A DNA stretch of 64,000 bases from a virus. Taxonomy: Duplodnaviria; Heunggongvirae; Uroviricota; Caudoviricetes. The notes under the pieces were generated by a model that searched no databases, was not told the origin of the DNA, and saw only the letters and a list, made by a program, of their open reading frames with translations. Position numbers and translations under genes: made by a program. This document shows, piece by piece, positions 45,934 to 54,780 of the stretch. Numbering within the stretch: the first letter of the stretch is position 1; the number at the start of each line of letters is the position of its first letter. The DNA lies in IMG/VR virus record IMGVR_UViG_3300050821_002544, one strand, 5' to 3'.

Positions 45934-46134
45934 TCATACTTGAACTGCTTCTACTGCTTCGACTTCATTGATGACTAGTCCATTGCGAGTATTTTTCGAA
46001 TACTGTAGATCGTATCCGGTAAGCCTACTTCCTGTATGCTTGAATGTAAATTCCTTGACATTCTTGACAGTGACAGTCTTGCCACTCTTCATATGGAAAA
46101 GAACTATAAACCTGGGTTTAAAGATATTAAACAT
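45934..46134 (-). CDS. Hypothetical protein (66 aa)
   Basis: Small ORF. Confidence 0.35.
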   Translation of the reverse strand: MFNIFKPRFIVLFHMKSGKTVTVKNVKEFTFKHTGSRLTGYDLQYSKNTRNGLVINEVEAVEAVQV

Positions 46135-46315
46135 TGTTATTCCTACTACGACGAATTAACTTTGGTTCTGGTTTATGAAGTTCCCAAATTTCACCACATT
46201 TGTTGCATTCTGCCCATGCATTGGAGTTTTCTGTCTTCTTTTGAAAGACGCCACCACATGAACATTTCTGTCCGTGTTTCTTACCAAAAATGGTTTTCTT
46301 GTTCATATTAAACAT
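46127..46315 (-). CDS. Zinc-ribbon protein (62 aa)
   Basis: CSCGG...CNKCGE. Confidence 0.4.
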   Translation of the reverse strand: MFNMNKKTIFGKKHGQKCSCGGVFQKKTENSNAWAECNKCGEIWELHKPEPKLIRRSRNNNV

Positions 46316-46317
46316 TT

Positions 46318-46500
46318 CTAGTGTCTTCCTGATTCGACCGTATAGCGCTCATACGCTTCTTTCACGCAGTACTCTAGAGTTGCGGCAATGAGAACTTCGT
46401 CGGTATTGGCATCGCGTACATGAGCATAAAGGATATGTTCACGCTTCCCTGATCCTTTACGAACATCCGTAATATAGACCACTTGCTTAAGAGCATTCAT
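46318..46500 (-). CDS. Hypothetical protein (60 aa)
   Basis: Small ORF. Confidence 0.35.
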   Translation of the reverse strand: MNALKQVVYITDVRKGSGKREHILYAHVRDANTDEVLIAATLEYCVKEAYERYTVESGRH

Positions 46501-46501
46501 A

Positions 46502-46762
46502 TTAGACTACCGTACTCATCTTGAAAATCAGTGCCTTGTCCATGATCGTCACTCGGTCTGCACCAGTGACATTAATCAAAAAATCATACACTGCGACAGT
46601 CGCATCTACGCGGACACAGTAGTTATGAAGATCGATGCTCGCAATGCCGATCAATTTCAATCCCTCACGTGTGAGGAATTTCTGTACGGCAAGCATCTGA
46701 TTAAGCTCCGTGCCGGTAATGTTGACTTGATTCGTCTTGCGATACTGGTTTAGTGTTTTCAT
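46502..46762 (-). CDS. Hypothetical protein (start trimmed to MKTLNQ)
   Basis: The first ATG overlaps the -10 TAGAAT; the second ATG is 7 nt after the -10. Confidence 0.4.
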   Translation of the reverse strand: MKTLNQYRKTNQVNITGTELNQMLAVQKFLTREGLKLIGIASIDLHNYCVRVDATVAVYDFLINVTGADRVTIMDKALIFKMSTVV

Positions 46763-46769
46763 GTTAAGC

Positions 46770-46797
46770 ATTCTACGCTCTTTTGAGAATAATGCAA
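46770..46797 (-). promoter_or_regulatory. Early promoter TTGCAT-N16-TAGAAT
   Basis: Minus-strand cTTGCATtattctcaaaagagcgTAGAATgcttaacATG. Confidence 0.5.
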
Positions 46798-46818
46798 GTT
46801 TTTAATGCTGTGTGAAAA

Positions 46819-46869
46819 CAAGTACTTAGCGTAAGTGATTGATTCTATTAAGATTACGCTAAGTACTTG
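46819..46869. repeat. Perfect 16-bp inverted repeat built from two head-to-head PeSL-like cores
   Basis: caagtacttagcgtaa-N19-ttacgctaagtacttg. Confidence 0.6.
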
Positions 46870-46875
46870 ATATTA

Positions 46876-47325
46876 TTAAGAAACTTTCTTATATAGATTT
46901 ACGCGGTTTTTACGATCTCCTTTAATTGGGATAATTGTAAACATCCTGTCCTTTTTTGATGCTCCACCATTTAGATGTCCGCCACAGATAGCATATGCAT
47001 GATCGTATGCACGATCATAAGGTAAACCTTTAAAACCTTTTGGCGCATCAATTGTGAGAAAATTATCGCCAGACATTTCTCTAACTTGAGTACGTTCTGG
47101 CTTATTTTCATCAGGTAGTCTAATTTCTGTTTCAGCCAAAACCTCATTGGATTTTACAGAAATTGTTGGCATTGATACTAAATTCAACCTATCATTTTTC
47201 TCTTTTTCTTCTCTCCTAATATTATCTCTAATTTTTGAATGAGCAAGAATAATTGAATCAACAAGAAAGGATTGAATCCTAACTTTCATTTTTGTAAACA
47301 TCTTCAAAACACCTTCATCAAACAA
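46876..47325 (-). CDS. Hypothetical protein (149 aa) with GLPYDRAYDHAYAICGGHLNGG motif
   Basis: Complete ORF; conserved-looking His/Asp-rich C-terminal segment; function unknown. Confidence 0.45.
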   Translation of the reverse strand: MFDEGVLKMFTKMKVRIQSFLVDSIILAHSKIRDNIRREEKEKNDRLNLVSMPTISVKSNEVLAETEIRLPDENKPERTQVREMSGDNFLTIDAPKGFKGLPYDRAYDHAYAICGGHLNGGASKKDRMFTIIPIKGDRKNRVNLYKKVS

Positions 47326-47443
47326 TTCGATACATTCGAATTTTCATTTGATGAGAACCATTATACAGGAGGATTCTCATAAGTGCAATTTTGAATTTAG
47401 ACCCTATATCGAGAAAAGTGCGGCGTTCCAGTATTAAAGATTC

Positions 47444-47456
47444 TAAGTCATTGATT
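47444..47456 (+). repeat. Partial PeSL-like core (TAAGTCATTGATT)
   Basis: Reverse-orientation partial copy in an ORF-poor stretch. Confidence 0.35.
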
Positions 47457-47541
47457 CGTAAGGCTGTAATTGTCCACAGTAGTAAAGTAAACAGGTGAGT
47501 TCTAAGGTTTGTGCAACACAACAAAATAACTAATCTTAATA

Positions 47542-47568
47542 GATTCAATGACTTATCGTTAGATTTGT
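47542..47568 (-). repeat. PeSL-like element copy 11 (degenerate)
   Basis: gattcaatgacttatcgttagatttgtt. Confidence 0.45.
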
Positions 47569-47649
47569 TCTAAGGTGAGTAGATAGGTGTAATAAAGTGA
47601 CATTGAGTTAACATAATATTTAATATGTTAAATTCCTTAATAGTAAGGA

Positions 47650-47667
47650 AATCAATGACTTATAGCC
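47650..47667 (-). repeat. PeSL-like element copy 12 (left half)
   Basis: aatcaatgacttatagcc. Confidence 0.4.
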
Positions 47668-47837
47668 TTAGATATCCCATTGTGGAACTTTGGTTTGCTT
47701 TTCTGTTTTGAGTGCTTCTATTAGCAACTCTATCAGTTGTCGATTCCATAGACAACCACGGCAGAGCGTAGGACTTCCTGATTTTGCCCTGCATGTATCA
47801 CATTCCATGAATGTATCATTGCTTCTAAGGTTCTTCA

Positions 47838-48044
47838 TCATAAAAACACAGAGACTATTAAGGAAATAGTCTTGCTAAGTGAAAGAAAATATTCATGTGC
47901 CGTATTCAGGTCAGAACATGTAGTCTGATAATATCGATATCCGGTTCCGTCTGTAATATAAACATCAGCACGTAATCTAGTGAGATATCTCACTTTATCT
48001 TTAATAACAAATCTATATTGTTCGTCGGCAACATCAATATTCAT
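47838..48044 (-). CDS. Hypothetical protein (68 aa)
   Basis: Small ORF. Confidence 0.35.
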   Translation of the reverse strand: MNIDVADEQYRFVIKDKVRYLTRLRADVYITDGTGYRYYQTTCSDLNTAHEYFLSLSKTISLIVSVFL

Positions 48045-48145
48045 AGAATTTCTTTTTTAGCCGTATGGTCCGTGAGTCATCACGCCTGCAATGATAGCAA
48101 TTATCAATAGTGCCCATGATATAAAAAGCCATGGAATGCGTTTCA

Positions 48146-48343
48146 TTACTTGAATACGCCAGTGATTTCTAGATTATAATCATTCCAGTCTTCTATCATC
48201 GCAAGCTTATCATAATCCTTCATATTTCTTGCTATCGTCAATGCCTCTTCTAGGGTTGCAGCATCTACTGTAATATGGAAACTACCAGATGTAATCGCTA
48301 GCTGTACAATATACTGTGTTTTCTTAACTGTTGCCATCTTCAA
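48146..48343 (-). CDS. Hypothetical protein (65 aa)
   Basis: Small ORF. Confidence 0.4.
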   Translation of the reverse strand: MKMATVKKTQYIVQLAITSGSFHITVDAATLEEALTIARNMKDYDKLAMIEDWNDYNLEITGVFK

Positions 48344-48588
48344 ATATACTCACTAAAAATAATATAAACCAAACTACTATCGTACCATAGAAAATGCAAC
48401 GCATTATCGATAGGTCTGACACACTCTACTATTCAGATGAAAATGAAATCAGATAGTATAATACACAAAGCATATAGGCTATCGAAAAACTACCAAATAC
48501 TATTCCAAATCCTGATAGTGTCATATTACACCCCATAGTTTCCAACATAGCCATAATACGCCCACTGCTAATATTATATCATAGTAAT

Positions 48589-48774
48589 TCATAATAGTAA
48601 AGGAAGCTGATTCTGAATCATCGCGTCTACATCATTACTAGAATTAGAAATGTAATTATTAAGAATATCTACTTTACGTGCAATACTATTAAGAATCACA
48701 ATATTCGCACTCTCTACAGGTAAAGTTTCTAATGGCGGTTTCTTATTAGAAACTTGTTTCTTTTTCGCTGCCAT
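48589..48774 (-). CDS. Hypothetical protein (61 aa)
   Basis: Small ORF. Confidence 0.35.
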   Translation of the reverse strand: MAAKKKQVSNKKPPLETLPVESANIVILNSIARKVDILNNYISNSSNDVDAMIQNQLPLLL

Positions 48775-48791
48775 ACTAATGATGACCTGTA

Positions 48792-48811
48792 GATGATGAT
48801 GATGATGATGT
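48792..48811. repeat. (GAT)n trinucleotide microsatellite
   Basis: gatgatgatgatgatgatg, intergenic. Confidence 0.7.
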
Positions 48812-48894
48812 TTTTGTGAGAATTATTAGAATGAGATTAAAAGATATTTAGGATGTAGGGAAATGCCCTAATTTGTAGGACATTTTAATCAACT

Positions 48895-49584
48895 TTAATC
48901 TCTTATCATACGTGCTCTGTCTGCGTCGCTCATTGCAATCTTATGGTCTTTTCCCTTGAATTTCTTACGTAGATGTAGAGGTAGTCTACCTGTCTCAAAT
49001 CCAGTAATAATGTCTTCATCGGCAGGCAATTGCATCTCTTCACCTGTAGTCTTATTATGAATCCATACTAGATTGCTAGCATCTTCTACCAATTGCTTAT
49101 CTAATCGTGCCTCTTCTGGTGTAATGGCGAGAACCTGCGGCATTGCCTCTTGAATTGCATTTTGAGTAATCTTAACTGCATTCTGATTACCTTCCATGCT
49201 CTTTGCAATGGCATCTTTATGCTCTTCACTTTTTGGTTTGCCGATTAACGCCTCACTGATCTTCTTGTTAGTCTCGGGTCGTGGCATGTTGAGACAACGA
49301 GGATCGGCTAGTGTCGCAGGAGTAAGTATCTGGTCTAGTCTATGTACACAATCATTGTAGTCACCCGATGTATACATTGTCTCTGTAACTAACCTCTGTA
49401 TTCCATACTGTCGTGCCTTGGCAGCAAGCTTAGGTCCGTTGCCAATATAGCCTAATGCCTGTCCATCCTGTCCCCACTGAGAGTTTTCTGTGCGATGTAT
49501 TCCAAAGAATGCACTGCCATCAGGTGCCGATGTTTTAAATAGATAATAGTAATATAATCCTTGTGCCATGTTCCTATACTCCAA
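48895..49584 (-). CDS. GIY-YIG (Seg-like) homing endonuclease with NUMOD3-type DNA-binding motif
   Basis: N-terminal QGLYYYYLFKTSAPDGSAFFGIHRT is GIY-YIG-like. ISEALIGKPKSEEHKDAIAKS is a NUMOD3 motif. 229 aa. Confidence 0.65.
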   Translation of the reverse strand: MEYRNMAQGLYYYYLFKTSAPDGSAFFGIHRTENSQWGQDGQALGYIGNGPKLAAKARQYGIQRLVTETMYTSGDYNDCVHRLDQILTPATLADPRCLNMPRPETNKKISEALIGKPKSEEHKDAIAKSMEGNQNAVKITQNAIQEAMPQVLAITPEEARLDKQLVEDASNLVWIHNKTTGEEMQLPADEDIITGFETGRLPLHLRKKFKGKDHKIAMSDADRARMIRD

Positions 49585-49639
49585 TAGAGAGAATAATGTA
49601 ATTCATAACAGTATATAGCACAATACGCATAACCTACTG

Positions 49640-49882
49640 TTATCCTAAATCTCTTACATATCCGCCCTCATATTCCCATTGTTCATATTGCATATATTCG
49701 TATTTGATGTCTGAATACGTGATTGTGAATATATTCTCCATTCCTCTTGTCGGATCACCTATGTTATTCATTGGTTGCACATCACATATAGAATGGGCAA
49801 GATAATTCATATAATTGGCACGAAATAGATCATATCTATCCGAATCATCAGGATATATTATAATTCTTTTGTTGGTTGCCAT
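49640..49882 (-). CDS. Hypothetical protein (80 aa)
   Basis: Small ORF. Confidence 0.4.
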   Translation of the reverse strand: MATNKRIIIYPDDSDRYDLFRANYMNYLAHSICDVQPMNNIGDPTRGMENIFTITYSDIKYEYMQYEQWEYEGGYVRDLG

Positions 49883-50085
49883 GGCATTTTCATTGGTACA
49901 ATAGATACAGAATAGAATGGATTAGTCTTTAGATTACCTACTATGATATCCTTATACTTAGTATAGCAACTATTACAAATATAACCTCTAAAGGGTTTCT
50001 TAGTTGCATATGTATTGGTAACGTACCTATACGGATGCTTTGCATATGATTTCTTAGAATCAGTCTTACAATCATGACATATCAT
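49858..50085 (-). CDS. Zinc-ribbon protein with C-terminal PWQP motif (paralog 1 of 3)
   Basis: CHDC...CNSC and a C-terminal MPWQPTKEL. Confidence 0.45.
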   Translation of the reverse strand: MICHDCKTDSKKSYAKHPYRYVTNTYATKKPFRGYICNSCYTKYKDIIVGNLKTNPFYSVSIVPMKMPWQPTKEL

Positions 50086-50339
50086 TTATTAGATGGTTTC
50101 CATGGAATGAATTGAGTATTCTTTTTAGAAGGATTAGTAGTATCGGTACCACCCGAGAACATAGAAGATCGCCAGCCTACTACTTTTGAAGCTGCGAGAC
50201 TCGAACCCATTTTCTTTCTGGCACATGGCATGCAATACTTTATAAGTTCACCACCAATCATATAGAAATAAATGGTTTTGACCATTTGTGATATCTTACA
50301 ATTTCCGCATTTGAATACTATATCTTTATTGGTTTCCAT
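50082..50339 (-). CDS. Zinc-ribbon protein with C-terminal PWKP motif (paralog 2 of 3)
   Basis: CGNC...CMPC and a C-terminal FIPWKPSNK. Confidence 0.45.
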   Translation of the reverse strand: METNKDIVFKCGNCKISQMVKTIYFYMIGGELIKYCMPCARKKMGSSLAASKVVGWRSSMFSGGTDTTNPSKKNTQFIPWKPSNK

Positions 50340-50644
50340 GGTACGAAATCTTTTGGTTTTGCATGAGAATCATAGGGAATATGTTTAGGAATATGATTTG
50401 ATATTGATTGTGGACCACGTTTTGCATTATATTTCTTTGCCTTTTCGACACCATATACGGCAATTGCGCAGGTAATACAAAAGGCAGATTGAGAAATTTG
50501 AAATTGTACAGATTCTTTAAAATAAATAAAGATTGTCTTAATAGATGAAGGAACAAAGCATTTATCGCAGCATAATATTCTGGTAGTTGGTGGTGCTGCT
50601 TCTGCTTTTGAAACGGGATTGTATTGCATAGGAATACGTTTCAT
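50318..50644 (-). CDS. Zinc-ribbon protein with C-terminal PWKP motif (paralog 3 of 3)
   Basis: CCDKC...CITC and a C-terminal FVPWKPIKI. Confidence 0.45.
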   Translation of the reverse strand: MKRIPMQYNPVSKAEAAPPTTRILCCDKCFVPSSIKTIFIYFKESVQFQISQSAFCITCAIAVYGVEKAKKYNAKRGPQSISNHIPKHIPYDSHAKPKDFVPWKPIKI

Positions 50645-50913
50645 AAATTCTGTCTATATAGAACATACCATAGATTAGCAATTGCTGCGCCAATTACCAA
50701 TCCTACAAATAGCTTTAAAGAATATGATATCAAAAAATACATTACCATTACCATGATGCTCAAAGCCAATAGTATTAATAATAATTGAGCAAATGCATTA
50801 AGTCCAGCACGTTTATCGATATTCATAATATTAATTATCCTTGCCATATACAATACGATAGGCATTTGCACAGATAATACCTTTTTCTTTAAGAGTATTA
50901 TCTGGCATTCCAT
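50641..50913 (-). CDS. Small membrane protein (90 aa, 2 TM)
   Basis: Hydrophobic segments. Confidence 0.4.
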   Translation of the reverse strand: MECQIILLKKKVLSVQMPIVLYMARIINIMNIDKRAGLNAFAQLLLILLALSIMVMVMYFLISYSLKLFVGLVIGAAIANLWYVLYRQNL

Positions 50914-50978
50914 TTGCCTTTAGATGCGCAATCACTCTCAATACACGTTCGAACTTATCTAGTTCTATTCTATCGTGT

Positions 50979-51248
50979 CTATTCAGTAGTTTTCTTGATT
51001 TTATTGCCATATCGTGATGCTCTTAAATATTCAGGCGATGCCCATTCTGATTCTATTCCCTTTAATGAAGAAGGACCAATTCTCACTGCATCTCTGGGCA
51101 ATTCAGATTTCTTAATAATACGTACCATCATATTGTTATTGGAAGGTATTAGATTGAGAGCAGTTGCTATCGATCTATACAATACGAATATAGTAACCGG
51201 CTTATGTTCTGATCCGACTACATCATAGAATGAATCATTCCTATTCAT
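50979..51248 (-). CDS. Hypothetical protein (start trimmed to MNRNDSF)
   Basis: The ORF-track N-terminus overlaps the upstream zinc-ribbon gene. Confidence 0.3.
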   Translation of the reverse strand: MNRNDSFYDVVGSEHKPVTIFVLYRSIATALNLIPSNNNMMVRIIKKSELPRDAVRIGPSSLKGIESEWASPEYLRASRYGNKIKKTTE

Positions 51249-51429
51249 TTGGATATCCATACATGAGATGTTTACAATTAGGGCATGTAAATTCATACAT
51301 TGCACCTTCACGTTGATCGCCTCGGATGTAGTTTCCCTCTTCTTTTGTGCATTCGGCAGTTAATCCACAACGTGTGCAATCGACAATCATTGGTAAATTT
51401 TGTGGTTTACCTTGCTTAATGATTTTCAT
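51241..51429 (-). CDS. Zinc-ribbon protein (62 aa)
   Basis: CTRCG...CPNCK. Confidence 0.45.
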   Translation of the reverse strand: MKIIKQGKPQNLPMIVDCTRCGLTAECTKEEGNYIRGDQREGAMYEFTCPNCKHLMYGYPNE

Positions 51430-51659
51430 AGCTTATAGAACCCTGTTACTATTAACAATCGTTGTGGATATTTAATAGGAACCTTAGAGCCACCAACATA
51501 GATTTTATCATCTTCAATGCGAGTTACTTCTACTATTTCAATAGACACTGCATATCCTGATTTAACGCCACGTGCAACAATATCACCGACAGCATATGAT
51601 TTGCCTTGCATATCTACAAGGTCGGTGCCCATCCATTTACCGGGAACTAATATTTTCAT
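51426..51659 (-). CDS. Hypothetical protein (77 aa)
   Basis: Small ORF. Confidence 0.4.
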   Translation of the reverse strand: MKILVPGKWMGTDLVDMQGKSYAVGDIVARGVKSGYAVSIEIVEVTRIEDDKIYVGGSKVPIKYPQRLLIVTGFYKL

Positions 51660-51879
51660 TATTTCTCCTATCGCGTCTATCGTACATATCGTATACTAAC
51701 CAGCCCCAATAGCCAAGTACTATTATTGCCATAACGGTAAAGAAATATTTGGCTGGTATGTAGATTGCTGATAAAGCAATTATCGTAACAAATAATATTG
51801 CAACAACCATTACACCAATAGTCTTCCACAATGCTCTATAATTAATCATAACCACTCCGGAGAATACGCCTTCATCCAT
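51637..51879 (-). CDS. Small membrane protein (80 aa)
   Basis: Two hydrophobic helices. Confidence 0.4.
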   Translation of the reverse strand: MDEGVFSGVVMINYRALWKTIGVMVVAILFVTIIALSAIYIPAKYFFTVMAIIVLGYWGWLVYDMYDRRDRRNNENISSR

Positions 51880-52109
51880 TTAATAGTTTGTTCTATTTCA
51901 AAATCAGAGAAATTCATTGACATCTGATCCCATATCTGATCTTCATCTAGTGCATGGAACCAATCTGTTATTGGTAATCCTTGAATCTTTCGTAATGTAT
52001 CGAAATCAAATACAGTATTACCATTATCTCCACGGACATATAGTTGATGTGGATCGCCACCACCTACATAACCACAACGAGGATTGATTACTACTTCGAA
52101 TCTAATCAT
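51846..52109 (-). CDS. Hypothetical protein (start trimmed to MIRFEV)
   Basis: Avoids a 112-nt overlap with the upstream zinc-ribbon gene. Confidence 0.35.
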   Translation of the reverse strand: MIRFEVVINPRCGYVGGGDPHQLYVRGDNGNTVFDFDTLRKIQGLPITDWFHALDEDQIWDQMSMNFSDFEIEQTIKWMKAYSPEWL

Positions 52110-52309
52110 GTTAGTATATTCACAGAATGGAAACATTGAGGACAATTGACTCTGATTCCTATATCGATAGGCATTCCTGCCTCTACCAATATCTTTGTAC
52201 CTTCCCATTCCTGGCATATGAAATCACAGCCACAGCATTTACAATGTCCTACATGCTCCAATGAATAGGATGGCACATTATTGGATGTTCCAAATTTAAT
52301 AATTCTCAT
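52106..52309 (-). CDS. Zinc-ribbon protein (67 aa)
   Basis: CKCCGC...CPQC. Confidence 0.45.
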   Translation of the reverse strand: MRIIKFGTSNNVPSYSLEHVGHCKCCGCDFICQEWEGTKILVEAGMPIDIGIRVNCPQCFHSVNILT

Positions 52310-52497
52310 TTAGTAATATTTCCTATGAATGCAATTCCAAAGTATATGAATCCTATCAGGTATAGAGATACCCACATGATCCATTTTCCCATTTGTGATG
52401 TTTCCACATAATAGTCCTGATATTTAAAAAATACAAGTATACTGTATAGTGAATATAAAGCAAACAGTGAATCTACAATAGTTCGGAATATATGCAT
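52306..52497 (-). CDS. Small membrane protein (63 aa)
   Basis: Two TM helices. Confidence 0.4.
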   Translation of the reverse strand: MHIFRTIVDSLFALYSLYSILVFFKYQDYYVETSQMGKWIMWVSLYLIGFIYFGIAFIGNITK

Positions 52498-52504
52498 ACA
52501 AAAA

Positions 52505-52987
52505 CTATGTGAAATTAATCAATGAACAAGTCTTTTCTTTCCAATTCTTATACATTATCTTCATTGCAGAAGGTGGTTTTTGTGTTCTATTTGAAATCAA
52601 TTTACTAACACCTTCTGTGATGCCAAATATGGTTATTACACACATTCCGCATGCCCATATAACCATACCTGCGGCAGCAATAGGAGGAATCTTAATTCCA
52701 TGATTGAATAGCCATAAGAATGAGTATGCCAATCCACCAATCAATGGTGTTCCTATTACAATAGCAACAATACCAATGAGTATACATTTAATTATACCAG
52801 CAATGAATGCGCGAGTGTACTCACAGATATCATAACGAATAGGATCAGAAATCCATCTTGCATTAGTACCCTCACCTTCCCAATGTCCATTACGCTCTGC
52901 TTCACGTCTCTTATGTTCAAAATATAATGTAGTATACGCAACAAAACGCGCATGCCATGAATCACGACTAAAATTTATCTTTTTCAA
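52505..52987 (-). CDS. Integral membrane protein (160 aa, about 3 TM)
   Basis: IAGIIKCILIGIVAIVIGTPLIGGLAYSFLWLF and AAAGMVIWACGMCVITIF. Confidence 0.45.
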   Translation of the reverse strand: MKKINFSRDSWHARFVAYTTLYFEHKRREAERNGHWEGEGTNARWISDPIRYDICEYTRAFIAGIIKCILIGIVAIVIGTPLIGGLAYSFLWLFNHGIKIPPIAAAGMVIWACGMCVITIFGITEGVSKLISNRTQKPPSAMKIMYKNWKEKTCSLINFT

Positions 52988-53153
52988 TTTCCAATTCCTT
53001 AATTACCAAATCACCATTGTACCAAACATGAAATATACATTCTTCACCAGGTTTCAATGTCTTACCATATCCACCACGATTAGTGACAAGTATATTATGT
53101 GGTGGTTCACCGTAGATCGTAGGATGATTCTTAATTGTTACGAGGGTAGTCAT
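52968..53153 (-). CDS. Hypothetical protein (61 aa)
   Basis: Small ORF. Confidence 0.35.
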   Translation of the reverse strand: MTTLVTIKNHPTIYGEPPHNILVTNRGGYGKTLKPGEECIFHVWYNGDLVIKELEIEKDKF

Positions 53154-53407
53154 TATATAATCCTCTTGTCCATATTCCCATGAGCACCGCTCCTAACAGG
53201 AAACCTAATACGAATGTAATTGTGGGTATCATATGCTTATTGATATGGAAGACACGCGAAATGATCTTTCATGCCACCACCATAATTCTGTGTTGCTTCC
53301 CATATCTTACCAGCTTGTACACATGCAGCGAGATTGATATACTTATCGACACGTAATGGTTGTGCCGTAGATGCATACAACCATACTATTAGAATATATT
53401 CCATATG

Positions 53408-53731
53408 CTATACAATATCCTTCACAACCATCGTATTGAAATCTGCTAGCTTCACCCAAAAACGAATAGATTTCTTGCCTATCTTTGTTCTGAGTGTAAC
53501 AGAATCAAATTCACTAGCACCCTTGCGGATATAAATCCTGTCTACTTTTAAGACTGTACCAATAGGTATTACCATATCAAATGTCTTAATCGGTTCACCA
53601 TATCGATATGGTTGAGAATTGAGGTTCATTAATTCCATCATATTACTATTTCTGTATTCATCATACAGTTTAAACATCCATGGTTCGGATAGTTCTAACT
53701 CTGTGCCTAATGGAGGAATAAACAGTTTCAT
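53408..53731 (-). CDS. Hypothetical protein (107 aa)
   Basis: Complete ORF. Confidence 0.4.
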   Translation of the reverse strand: MKLFIPPLGTELELSEPWMFKLYDEYRNSNMMELMNLNSQPYRYGEPIKTFDMVIPIGTVLKVDRIYIRKGASEFDSVTLRTKIGKKSIRFWVKLADFNTMVVKDIV

Positions 53732-54039
53732 GGTGAAATTATCTTCTTGGCTTTCTTGTATAGAGCAACCATAATCTTATTTGGATTATCAACAATCTCG
53801 CCCTCCCATACATAATCCAATTCAAAGTCTTTTACAAATTCTAATAGGCATTGATGCATCGCTTCATGCTCACATAGTTTAATATCATTGTTATCCGGCT
53901 GATTCAATCTAACAGGATATCTCCAATCAGGAACCTGAATCTTATCATATTTGTTGTAATTCGGATGGTGTTTGATATGGTCATCTCTTTCATCAAAAGG
54001 TACCAGACTCAAACAATCAGGACACGTCCACATATTCAT
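53728..54039 (-). CDS. Hypothetical Cys/His-containing protein (103 aa)
   Basis: CPDC...HIKHH...CEHEAMHQC. Confidence 0.4.
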   Translation of the reverse strand: MNMWTCPDCLSLVPFDERDDHIKHHPNYNKYDKIQVPDWRYPVRLNQPDNNDIKLCEHEAMHQCLLEFVKDFELDYVWEGEIVDNPNKIMVALYKKAKKIISP

Positions 54040-54344
54040 TCTAAATGAGTTCCAATGTTAGGAAATAGTATTTGCTTGCATGTTCTATTATCATGGTCAT
54101 TGCGACCATAACTATAGGGAACAGAATCCATCCATTCTTTAGGAATGTCACAATCAGACATTACTGGATCGGCTAGACAATTATCAGGATAACCATCAAG
54201 ATTATCATATTCAAATTTCAATGCTACATCACATGCAGCATCTTCATCTTCTGCCATTACCATGATTACACGCTCAATAGTCACAGCATATAATTTCTTA
54301 TTACTCAAAATCGTAATTCCAACCAGAGCGCCTGAACAATTCAT
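54036..54344 (-). CDS. Hypothetical protein (102 aa)
   Basis: Complete ORF. Confidence 0.4.
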   Translation of the reverse strand: MNCSGALVGITILSNKKLYAVTIERVIMVMAEDEDAACDVALKFEYDNLDGYPDNCLADPVMSDCDIPKEWMDSVPYSYGRNDHDNRTCKQILFPNIGTHLE

Positions 54345-54405
54345 ATAAACTATTAATGTTTCTCATATGCCCACCATTATATCACAGACATTCTTAATAG
54401 TAAAG

Positions 54406-54780
54406 CTATTTGATAATAAAGTGTCTTTCTAGCTTATTTTCCTTGATATATGTCTTATAGTCCATGAATTGATTGGCGACACATGAGGCTAAGAGGATGC
54501 ATAGCAATACACATTCTCTTGGTGTTATATCTTCGGTAGGTTCCAGCTTACCTATATCATTGAAATTGATACGCACTGGCATGAGAACAGGACCAACAAC
54601 GAATGCAGAGTTAGAGTTCATAATGAGTCTATCAATACTGAGTGTTGCAGCATCGATATTACTAGACTCCTGAGTAATCAATTTACCTGCAAACATTACC
54701 TTATCTTTGATATCCATATGAAATTCCTCTAGGTGTAAAACGGTATATATTCTTATTATGTATTTGCAAATGGACCACAA
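54406..54780 (-). CDS. Hypothetical protein (124 aa)
   Basis: Complete ORF. Confidence 0.4.
   Translation of the reverse strand: MWSICKYIIRIYTVLHLEEFHMDIKDKVMFAGKLITQESSNIDAATLSIDRLIMNSNSAFVVGPVLMPVRINFNDIGKLEPTEDITPRECVLLCILLASCVANQFMDYKTYIKENKLERHFIIK

Noticed and set aside
6843-47667. Possibility that the repeated 29-nt elements form a CRISPR array or tRNA-derived repeats
   Set aside because: The copies are dispersed over 40 kb with irregular spacing, are imperfect palindromes rather than direct repeats with unique spacers, and each sits in an intergenic promoter context. This is not a CRISPR.
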